Position numbers and translations under genes: made by a program
Notes under the pieces: model-generated
The model's input: only the letters and a program-made list of their open reading frames with translations
Told to the model about the DNA's origin: nothing
Database searches by the model: none
Origin: Amphiscolops sp. MND2022
Taxonomy: Eukaryota
Assembly (NCBI GenBank): GCA_964187785.1
Contig: OZ076413.1
Location: 42,844,001 to 42,908,000 of the forward strand
Length of the DNA stretch: 64,000 bases
Reading direction: 5' to 3'
In this document: positions 13,345 to 25,300 of the stretch, piece by piece
Position numbering within the stretch: the stretch's first letter is position 1
Layout: every line of letters starts with the position of its first letter

Positions 13345-16300
13345 CTGGAAAAAATAGAGATAAATAATGTATTGTTTTAAGGAAAGGTATCATTAGTTAG
13401 GTATTACAGAACAAAGAAAAAAACAAAACCAAAATCAATAGTTCACTTGGCGAAAACGTGATATTCCAGATTATTTTTTGACAAAAAAATTGGCACTAAA
13501 GGAAGTTGGAAACCAGGACGACAGCAGAGTTCCAAATTCAGAGCTTCTTTTGTTTTTTTCAGAGCTCAAATTGTTTTTTTTGTTCTATAAATTTGAACTA
13601 TTATACATTTATAAAACTTTAAATTCGCGAGACCTAAAAAAACTTTTTTGCAGATTTAAAATAATCGATGATACTTTTCCAGATACAACGAGCTTGTAGT
13701 TTGTAAAAACAGTTGTTTCTTACATAACTGAATTCGGATATAAGTTTCAGTCGGCGCTTTATGAAATAGAACGCGACAATTATACTGGTTTTTTGTCGGT
13801 TTTTTAATCCGGTTGAAGTGACAAAATAGTGTAAGTATGATAAATAAGATCTACGAAGATCTGCAGTACGCCTAAGATTTCAAAAAACAGCATATTGTTT
13901 CAAGACACGATTCACATCTTATCAATTTCATTCAAATTACAAAACTGTCTTCACGTTTTTCCGGCACTGTGCGACTTTTCTTTGTTTTTTTTTTCATCTT
14001 ACAAAAGCGCCCTTCTTCAATTTTTATGGATTTTTTTTCAGATATTTTTAAAATACGTGACCATATTTGAATACACAGTGTACGTTTCATACCTGTGAGG
14101 GGGTCCCCGTCGAACCTTTTGGTGAGAATTATGACCAGCATCTTGCAGGCAGGGGCGAACCAGGCGACCAGATGGAAGTACACGCTGTTATCTTCCAGTG
14201 CTTCTGGACTCCACTGTAAGACAGCGGATAGGAACCAGGAGAAGGAGAGGATCAGCCACCAAACATGAATGGCCATCTGCGAGTAATAGATGAGCATGAA
14301 TGTGAAAGTGCACCACACCTGAAACACATGGAAAGTTTGAAGCAAGTTGCAAGGTTTTTGCAGAAATCAGACACTTTTTACATGCTGCATCGTTGCATGC
14401 AGGCAAGACCTAAAAAAATTCAGAGACCCTGCAGGGGGAAAATTTCTTGGAAAACTTCATAAGTTAAAAGCTTGCTTAGCAAAAGTCAAAGCCGGAAAAT
14501 TTTGAGTCAAAGAGGTTGTTAGGCATGTTATGTTTTTTGGGTTCGTAATGAAAAAATAGTTCCGTATTCACACATTTTTCACTCATAAAAACATGTTGAG
14601 TATACTATATTCCAGTTTATGGATCAAAACCTTCAAATTCGGGAGAACGTGAGTGTAAAAATTTTTGAGTATTGGAAATCATTCAATTCAGTACATTCTC
14701 AACTTGCATATTTTCAAAAAACTCTGCATTTGGCTGCGTAAATAGTGCTTATCCGATATTCGCTTACTCTTTTCTGTTTTTGACTTCTTTAGGCTTCTCT
14801 CATTTTCATGGAAAAATAGCATTTTCATCATCAAATGTCATGAGAAATACCAGAAAGGTATCGCAGTTAACTTAATTCACAGTATAAAATGAAACTCGAA
14901 CATTTTTATTGGGGATACAACAAAAAATGCCATTTCAGGAAGAATTAATTTTATAATCTTCTTAGAGAAATTTCCTCTCATCATTTTCCATGTCGAAATC
15001 ATTCTCCTTCCAGGGACCCTTCCGCGATTTCGAACTACCGTGAACACAAGAATTAAGAATGGTCAGAGCTGTCATAAAATATGCATCACTGTGTACGTGG
15101 ACTACTTTCCACCAGAAATACGAACAATCGAAAACTATATAAGACTTTCTCTCCGATTCCTTTGAAGTTCAAAGAAACACACACACACACAAATACTCAA
15201 GAAATCTTTGGCAGAGATTTTTCTGATCTTTCGAGTATCTTTGGTCATAGCAGGTGTTTTTCTCAAACTGAATATATGATTAAAAGGAACAACGTTCTCT
15301 GATCAGCTTGAGAAGATGAAATTTGTATAACGTTCTTACAAACAATCACACATTCTGTCAGAAGTTGATTTTACAAAGAGATTACAAGGCGAAAGTATTT
15401 CTATCTAGTTGATACATATTTTTCAAACGTTTATAGCCTAAAAAGTCAACATTTTAACGTTTATGTCTGTCCAACTGAATATTGATTTTATCACTAAATT
15501 TTTCACTCTGAAGGTGAACACTTAAAAGTGAAACAAAACATCAATACAGGAAGTGTGTTCAACATTAAAAACGTACAGTAAAACTATTCACAAAAAGTAA
15601 AAAGCAGTCGACACTTTAGTACCGCAGTGAACTTTGATGGTTAAAAAAAGCATGTAATTTCAGTAGTTTTGATTCTGCCGGCATAACTTTGTTGTATGAA
15701 GTGTTAACTTCAATTCATTTTTTTACTGATCAGCAAATAACAGGCTATCAAAAGTTTCCGTATGTTTTCAAGTTTCCTTAACGAGAAAGAGAAATTATCC
15801 GCTTTTGCAGATAAAATGATGTTTTTAGTCGGCGCTTTTCGTAGAAAACGCAGACTATTGCAGTGACTTTTTTAAAGACCAACGAAGTGACAGATTTTAT
15901 AAGCTTTATAAGCTGACTTGCACTAGCACTAACTGCCACACTACTTCTACTGGCACTTAGCATAGAGGTTAATTAGGTTTTTTTGAGGTCTGCTAAGCAG
16001 AAGGACGTGGGTTCGAGTCCCGCCCTGGACCAAAATTTTTTTGGTCAGGTTATTTCGGCTTTGTGAGACTTTTTTTTAGCATTTTTTTTCAATGCCTCCA
16101 AAGGGTCCCCTTCAATTTGTTTCTATTTTGGAGAAGAATGGATGTTCAAAAATTTTCAAAGGGGCCCCTTTTACATTTTTCGGCACTATGCGACTTACCG
16201 GAGACCAAAAATATTTCGAAAAAAATTCGGAAATTTTTTCCTCATGCGGTTACTGTAGAAGAGAACACTTGACACTTTGAATTCCTTTTGCTATTTTTGA

Positions 16301-19300
16301 GCCTTAGATATAGCGCCGACTTGGGTCGGTCCCGGCTTGTTAAATATTTGAATTCAAACAAGACATTGGATAGGATAATTCAACTCTTCGTGAAAACCAG
16401 TCGCTGGACCAGTATTGACACGTTTTTTGCTTTACTTCAGTCTTACATTCAGGCCACTATCGTGTATGTGAGTTCCTTCAGGCCAGAAAAAAGTGTTTTC
16501 CTAATGAAAACAAAAATTGAAAGGGGCTGCTTTGAGAAAAAAATTAAAACTGGTCGCACAAGGCCGAAAAAACACTAACGGGGACATTTCGGTCCCACAT
16601 CAATTCGAGGATACGGTAAAACTAAGAAACACTCAAAGGGAGTAAGTATACTTTGGCTTCTTTAAGTACCCTATACACCTCAAAACGTAAGATTTGTTAA
16701 AAGTGGATTTTTCTGAGTGAGGTCTGACGAGAAACTTTTCAATGCAAAGGATGGGCGTTTTTCTGAAAATGTGCAACGGGATAAAAGAGCCGATTTTGAA
16801 CGAAAACGAAACAGTCTGTTTGTTTGAGAAGAAAGTGAAAACGATGAAGAGCGTCGTCCTTTATAATAATCAGAAACAGATGTCGAGGTTTAACATAAGT
16901 GAAATTTATTCACTTGATTGATGAGTTTTGAAATAAAGGTATCTCGTTACACTCGAGACTATAAATTTTGAGACATGTTATCGTATTTTAAAGCCTCTGG
17001 TCAAACGAAATACTCAATGTACCATTTTATTCCAAACACTGGTGAAATAATTTCGTATTTAATATTCACTAATTTGTGCTATTCACCTTTGCGTAAACAG
17101 CGCACTTGGTTAAACTGCTTGAACTTTTCACACGTTTTTGAAGGTTGCCAAAAAATTTTTAAAACACTCTCATGGAAACTTCTATGCAATAAAACTTGCT
17201 CTAGATTGTCTTGATTTTTATCAACTTGCCTGGAACATGCTTCCTCAAAACGGTGGCAATTTGGAGCTACGAAGTTCTGCAAGTTTCCCTGTACAAAATT
17301 TTTAAAATGCAGCTGAGCCCTTATCCATTTTTACCACGATTCTAATGCAAATCAATTTCAGTGACGTTATAATTTGCAAACATTCGTCATCTTCAGCGTG
17401 CTTCTTGAGAAGTGTTGATTGCATGAAATGATCTGCTGAGAAGCTAACGTGTGAAGTCAACGTGATCGAGAAGGTGCATAGGTGATTTTTTTCAGTTTTG
17501 ATTGAAATAGGGGACGCTGCATCCTACAAAGTTTTTCCCAGCCAGGTCCCAAATATTTCCTTGTTTTGTAAAAAAAGAATTGAGCTGTTATGCATGAAAG
17601 CAGCTTATAAGATTTCCTAACAGATTCAATTGGTGAAGTGTCAACCGGCTACTTGTCCTAATTTAAAAAATCGTCGTTTTCCTGCTTCGATAGTCAACTA
17701 CTTTGTCATATTTTGAAAATCGGCGGTTTTGTCTCGTTCGTTCCGCTCCACTGAAAAATTCAAATGATGCAGGAAACTGAAATAAACAGCATTTTGCCGG
17801 AAAAAAATGAAATAAATGCTTTCCTGATGCTAATTTGTAGTCTGCAAGTAATCGACAAGTTTCTACTTTCTTCAAATTTGTCGAATTGGTTTAGAAAATT
17901 TGTTTTCTTGCTGTTTTTCGCGTGCATCCGCTTTAAAAGTTAGGTGAGTTTTCATCAAGCAATTGAAGTTTGAGGTTGAAACGGGGACGTTTCGGGGAAT
18001 CAAATGTCTGGTGCTGAAACTTCCTTACACGTAGGAAATACTAGACTCTAAAACACATGTATGAAACTACAAACAAGCAACCAAAAAAACTTGAGAAAAA
18101 TATTGGCATTCCGTTTCCTATGTTAAAAAAATTCCGCCTATTCAACAATCGGCATTTTGCGGTAAAAATGGTAATTAGGAGAAAGAATCAGACGCTTTCA
18201 AATCAGATTTTTAAAAAACATGTCTTGAACTCTTGTAAGTAACAGAATTGATTTTCTATCAGAAACATTTTTTAGCATCAAACACATTGAAAACGCTTTA
18301 AAACTCAACTATCAAATGGAAGAATCAACAATCAAGGACGCGACACGGAAGAACAAGAGCTCAAAAGTGGGATATTGATTTTTGGGATCAACTGCCGTAT
18401 TGTACCTGTAACTTGTAAGAACAAGGTTTGCTTGTAATTTACAAATACAAGGGGAGAAGTGAGACAAATGTAGTGTACCGGTGGATCTGTTTTGCTTAGC
18501 GGCGCGACAGACAGACAAATTGGGAGAGGGCTAGCTGGAAGAATAAAGGGCCAGAAGAGAGGAGAGAAATAAAAGGGCTTGCTTCAAAGAAAGTCCCTTC
18601 TTCAATTTATAATGGAATAAAAGCAGAAATTTGTCATTTGATAGCCTGTACAGAAGCGAGCGCACATGGTGTTATTATTTGAAGAATGGGAAACATAAAA
18701 AGCTCTTAATTCCTTGCTCTAGTCATAAAAAGAGTCTGTTCTATGTTGCATTATTTGTGAAGCTTTCGCTGGATTGTGATTGAAGTTCCAACATGGAAAC
18801 AGCCAGTCGGCTCGCAACATCAAAGCAGACGTGGCAAAAACACCAAAATGAAATGCTTTCAATTTGCTGCAATAGCAATAATACAGCTTTCTGTCCGTTT
18901 CGCGTGATATGAAAGCAATCCATCGCATTTATAGTGAATTTAAACAAAAAGCAATCGCCTAATTTCACAATCAAGCTTTATAAGACAACCAAAGACCTAG
19001 CAAAGAACCGTCAAACAGTGGAAAAGAGGCGCCTCCAAGGATCTTTGCCAGCAGTCCGTTAGATCCAAAAGTGAGATTTCATCTTAAGTGACAGAGCTAA
19101 GTCGCCGCCAAAAGTCGATAGAGAGAAAAGAGTTTTACTTCAATGACAGACAAGAAAGCACAGAGCAGTACAGTTGTGAGCGGACTGGACTTCTTAGCAG
19201 TTCTAGAATCAACTTTGTTTTTCATATCATGTCACTTCACTTCGATTACCTAACAAATATAGACAAACACAGATCAAGAGGCTATAGTTTTGAAAGTTCT

Positions 19301-22300
19301 TTTCGTTAAGAGGTTGTAAATGTTGTAGATATCAAAAGAAAAGATAAAAAATAATGACTACTTTAGCATGAAGGTTCTTCGCTGCTTTTTAATTCATCTG
19401 TTCTCCGCATCAAAAAGAACCGGAGCGGCGTGAAATGAACAGGACCGAACTTCATTGGCACAAATTTCAGACTATTATTTCATGCTTCGTTTAATAATAT
19501 ACTTTTATCTGATAAATAACAATTTGGATAAACGCGAAATCAAAAGAATTCATTCGCTTTCAACTTATCTTCGTATTTGCGTCGCTTTTATCTGTCAAGC
19601 CCAACAACACAGAGCTAGAACTTTTCAAGACGACGTCAACTCACAAATCTAGCGTCCCGGACTCAGTAGAGTTCTGTTGCAATTTCACTGGCGCGTTCCA
19701 CAGCGAACCAACATTAAAAGCGGCCGCCCGATCGGCGAATTACACGGTCCAAATTTCACAAGTCTTATAGAAACAATTGATTGAGAGCCGTTTCCTCTTT
19801 GAACATTACAGCAAACATATTACAAAACAACCTTGCGACTTCGCCAATACGGCCGGCGCGGCGCGACCAGTCCGCGTTCTCCCAAAAAAAATTCCAGGCA
19901 TTTTTTATGGTCAGACAAGACTAATTTCTGCCCGTAGGGGCATTTTAGGGAAAAGAAGAATGACAATATTTTGACAGTCGGAAATGAAGATTCATAAACA
20001 TGCTCGACAAGTTAATAAGCTTTTATAACATGCAATATTTGCAACCGGTATTTGGTTAACCTGTTAACAAAAAATTGGAGCTTATTATTGTGCGTGAGGG
20101 ACCTCTCCAAAGTCAAATTATTTAGGATCAAATTACACAGGATGCAAAATAATAATTTTAAAATAAATATAGAAAGCAAAATTGATTGTTTGACTCGGTC
20201 TTCCTCCTTCCGCTGGTCGAGTACTGGCACATCGCTCCTGCATTAGAGCACTATAAGTATGGTGTAATATTAATGGAATTCTCACCTCTTTCAATTCTAG
20301 ATAAAATCGAGTCAAAATTCGATCCTACATAATTTTGCAAACTTTTCAGTCCTACACAATTCGACTCTGCATAGCTATCCCTTAGAAGTTTTCAAATGTA
20401 ACGCTTTCGAATGAAATAAAATGGGTAAGAAAGAAAACTTATTTCCTTTGTCAGATGACAAAATTTTCATTTTCATAGTTCCTTTCCTTCGGATCTCTGG
20501 TGTTGAATAAATGCATACCTTCCAAGGACCTTGCAAGATCCTTGCAAAAAACACATTCCTGGCAAGATCTTTCCTTGACAGATTTTGCAAGGAAAAATTG
20601 TTCTTGCAGGATCTTGCAAGGAATTGTTTTCCTTGGTAGGTTTTTCAAGGAAATTTTTTTCTTGCAAGATCGTACAAGAAAATTTTTTCCTTGAAAGATT
20701 TGCAAGGAAATGTTTTCCTTGTAAGATTCTTGAATTTAATGTACTTCATACTGAGAAATTATGATAACGTAGTCGTGATTTGAGTATAATGTCAAAAACT
20801 TTATTAAATATTGTTTCAATAGGGCAATTTAAGTAATTGAAATATAATTTCAATCAATAAATTATGCACGGCCTAATTTTAACTCATTAATCGGTAGATA
20901 ACACCGGTACAAAATTATCAAAAGACTTTGAAACTGTATTTAAAATGTTCCGTCACTGAAATTTTTTATTACTATTCAAAAACTTCGCTAAGATCATTTT
21001 TTTCGCTGAGATAATTTCTAGAGTTGGCATCTTTTTAGTTGTGGAACCCTCGAGTAAATAAACGCATTTTGTGTCATCAATCTGATAGTCACGATGCAGT
21101 AGTCAACTTGAAGCTTTAATAAACAATAAAATTTTTATCTCAAGAACCTTTCACGAAATTTTCCTCCTTGAAAGAATCTTGCAAGATTTTTTTCCTTGCA
21201 AGATACTTGCAAGATGTCTTACAGAAAAATGCATTAAATTGCAATCCTTGTAGGGGATGCATTTTTTTTCAACCAGGGATTTCACAAAATACTTCATACC
21301 TGCATAAATACTTGGACGTGAAATTTTTTGGTCAATGTTAAAAAGCTTCTAGAAACCCCTAAATAGCAATTGTGTGAAATCTTTTTTATTTCAAATTTCC
21401 TTCAGTCTAATTTTCTGCTTTAAAAATGGATAGTATGTTTTGCTTATAAACCAAAGAAAAACTTTTTTCACGGTAATAAATTGTAGAACAATTAAACTCA
21501 AGATTAATACCCACCCACCACCATTTTTTTTAAAAAATCAATGAAATATAAAAATAAAAAGACTTAACAAGAAATCTTCAATGTTAAATTCAGTATCAGA
21601 GTGACAGTTATGATCCAGATACAAATTTATTTCACACTTTCTCATGAATTCATACTTTGTTGATTAGAAAACAAACAGCTTCAATTTTTGAGTCTCAAAA
21701 CAGCGGAACATTTTCAACGCAAAAATACCACGCATTCAGAATGTGTGAAAAATGTTTTGTAAGTTTCCCTTTTATTGAAAGACGCTCTAAGGTGTACCAA
21801 AAAAAATTGACGGAATTCAAAAATCTGAACTGCAAGACAATTTTTAAACTCTGTGAAATATTTTTAGTCACAAATTTGCAATTTGCAACTGAGAAGTAGA
21901 CGTCACTAAAAAGATGAACTAATTAGTTCATAGTACCTGCCAGTGCCTACGATGAAGAGCTTTACAGTATGAACATTAGTTGAAGTTGAACTCTATGATA
22001 CAGATAGTGAACAGTTCATACATTAACGATCTTTACTTTGTGTTGATTTGTATTACTTTTAATTCACCCTTCTTACCATATCTTCTCCGAGTTAACATGG
22101 CGCAGTCAGCAATCTAATGGACAACCCAGACCCAAATACCTCAGAACGATCTGGGCAACAAGCCGCAAACCAGACAATAATGAACCAGACGACGGCAGAC
22201 AGACTGGAGAAGAACAAGTACAAAATACCGATTTTATCGGATAGAGAAACGGATTTCACCAAGATAAACCCACGAATGTGGTGGGAGCAGATTTCGGAAT

Positions 22301-25300
22301 ACATACACCTCACATACAACCGAAATCTAGAAGAATTGATGAATCAAGGCGTCGACCAAATGGATCCGCATACGGTGTACCATATCAAGGGAGACGTCAT
22401 CTGGGCTTTAGGCCCCAAGGCCAAACATGAAATCATGAGAGGACAATGGGGCAAAGAGCTAAAAGATATTGACCTCCCAGAAATGCTGAAGTTATTCAAA
22501 AAAACATTCATACCAGCAAGGAATGTATTCCACAGCCGGGCACAATTTTTCAATATCCAACAAGATGAAAATGAAACTTTAGACGAATACTGGAAGAGAT
22601 TAGTGGACATCGAGCGAAAATGTGAATTCAACAGCATCACACCGGAAGAAATCATTACATACAAATTTGCAGCAACAATTAATGACAAAAAAGCCCGAGA
22701 CAAATTCATAAAAGGACCGCTGAAACTTCAAATGGTACTCGAAACCATTGAACAAGACAACTACAACCGCAAATACGGAGACAAAAAAGCAAATAAACGA
22801 CCCCGAAAAGTCAAACTGGAAAGTTCATCAAGTGAAGAACAAGTCGCCCACACACAACCAATACGGAAACAAAAAACCGCAGAAACATGGAAGAAGAAAA
22901 TACCAAACCGTAATTGCCGCTTTCGCGGTAAACCAAATTGGTCAATGGAACATATTTGTCCAGCACGGAGAGCACAGTGCAATAACTGCAAGAAGATGGG
23001 TCACTTTGCCAAAGTGTGCAAATCCAAAACCGTCAGCCGGATACAAAAAGGACCGTAAACGGACAGTGACACCGAATCATGGCCCGAAATTGATCACATC
23101 CAATCCGTCAACAGCATAAATCGGATCGACTTCTACAAAGCGATACTATTGGTTCAAGGACAGCCAATAGAATTTATCATTGACACTGGCTCTCCGGTAA
23201 CGATAATACCGCCTATAATTAATACAGCGGAATTACACAAAACCACAAAAAGCTTTGTAGACGTAAATAAAAACCCGATAAAGTTCAAAGGTGAAACCAT
23301 GGTGGAAGTAAAAACGGAGAAAAGCAAAACAACACTTCCCATATTAATAACCGAGAACAAAAACACCCAACCCTTACTGGGACTGGATTGGCTGGACAAA
23401 CTAGAAATCGGGCTACAAGGGAACACGAACACGAACATTATCAGATATATCGAAACGGATGAAAGAAGACAGAAGATCGTAAAAGAATACGAAGACCTAT
23501 TCAAAAACAACCACACGATCAAAGATTTGGCAATCGACATCCAACTGAAAAAAGACACAAAGCCGATACAACAAAAAGGACGACCAGTGCCAATACATTT
23601 CCAAAAAACGGTCAAAAATAAACTGAAGAAACTAATCGAAACCGGACACCTGGAAAAAGCAAACAACACCACAGAAAATTGTTTCGTCTCACCGGCTGTC
23701 ATAACAATAAAGAAAGACAAGTCCGTGAAGATTGCCCTCGATTCAAGAAAATTGAACGAGGCTTGTGTCAAAAGAAAAGCGACAATGCCAAATATGGAAG
23801 AACTGATCAGCAAAATATCAGCGGAAATCACCCGAAGCGACGGAGAAATCTGGATGTCAAAGATCGATTTGGACTACGCCTACGGACAAGCAAAATTAAC
23901 AGCGGAGGCAGCCAGACATTGTGTATTTTCGTTAATTGGCGGTGATTTCACCGGCCATTACCGTTTCAAGAAAGGATTCTACGGACTGTCGGATATTCCT
24001 ACCGTGTTTCAGGAACACATCGACAAAGTGCTAGAATTTAAAACACCGGTCTGGCTAGATGACATCATATGTGTAACAAACGGAACAATTGATGATCACG
24101 AACGAGAAATCCGGGAAGTACTCACAAAGCTACAAAACGCCGGTTACAGGGCAAGTGAGAGGAAAACCGAATTATTTAAACAGGAGATAATTTGGTTGGG
24201 TTATCACATTGATCAAAAAGGAGTGAAACCAATAAAAGATAAAACGGAAGCAATAACAAAACTGATGGCTCCAAAGAACGCTAAAGAACTAAAATCTTTC
24301 CTCGGCTCAATACAACACCTAGCGAAGTTCATCAATCACCTGTCCAAGAAGACAGACAGAATGAGGAGGCTGTTGAAGAAAGAAACTCACTGGGAATGGA
24401 CACCCGAAATTGACGAAGACTTCGAGAATTTAAAAAAAGAAATAACTGAACCCCCATGCTTGGCCCACTTTGACCCGAAGAAAGAAAATTACGTGACAAC
24501 AGACGCATGCAACACGGGACTCGGAGCGACACTATGGCAGAAGGAAGGAAAAATTTTCAGACCAGTTGCATTTGCTAGCAGATTTCTCACTGATTGCGAA
24601 AGAAAATATGCTATTAACGAGTTAGAGTTGCTAGGGGCACTATGGGGTTTAGAATACTTCAGGTATTTTGTATACGGAAAAAGGGTAAATTTGCTAACTG
24701 ACCACCAAGAGCTACAGCTGTTGCTAAAACGGAACAGGGCACATAAACAATATAGCGCCAGGTTAACACGGTGGTTAGACAGATTAAGCCACTTCGACGT
24801 AAATGTTCAAAATACCGCCGGTAAAAACATCCCATTGACGGACTACTTAAGCCGACATCCGATCGTAAACACCGATGAAAGCGCAGCGGAGAATAACTTA
24901 AACGGTCAAAACGAAACGGAATCCGAAGAAGAGTTCGTAATAAACCAAATACACGGCTTATTCGATTTCATTCAAACGAACGGAAGCATGAAACGATTCA
25001 CAGAACGAACAGAGCCGAGACAAAAAATCGACCAATCACAACACGGCATATGTAAGCGTGAACAAAATAGACAAACTCATTTGCTCAAAACTTCGATACC
25101 ACTGAACGGTGTTAATCAAATCGCATCCGTGAATTCTTCAAATAGATCAGCAAAGCCATCCAATATGGACAAAATAAACGGAATCGACATGCACTTCATA
25201 TTCAAGAAAAGAGGGCATTCACCAGACACTCTCAGACTCTGGACAGAGAGAAAGAGACTACTGAAACCTGAAAAATTGAGAATCGTGGGAAAAGGGACAG

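Noticed and set aside
15985..16032. Possible tRNA gene (GGTTCGAGTCC...CCA)
   Set aside because: It has only a T-arm/B-box with no A-box, D-arm or acceptor stem, and it lies inside a dispersed repeat.
18817..18825. TCF/LEF site ACATCAAAG in the Frizzled intron (Wnt feedback)
   Set aside because: A single 9-mer is expected by chance in 64 kb of AT-rich DNA, and there is no clustering or conservation evidence.
23154..23831. 225-aa antisense ORF and other ORFs opposite gag/pol
   Set aside because: These are shadow ORFs of A-rich coding sequence with no recognisable motifs.
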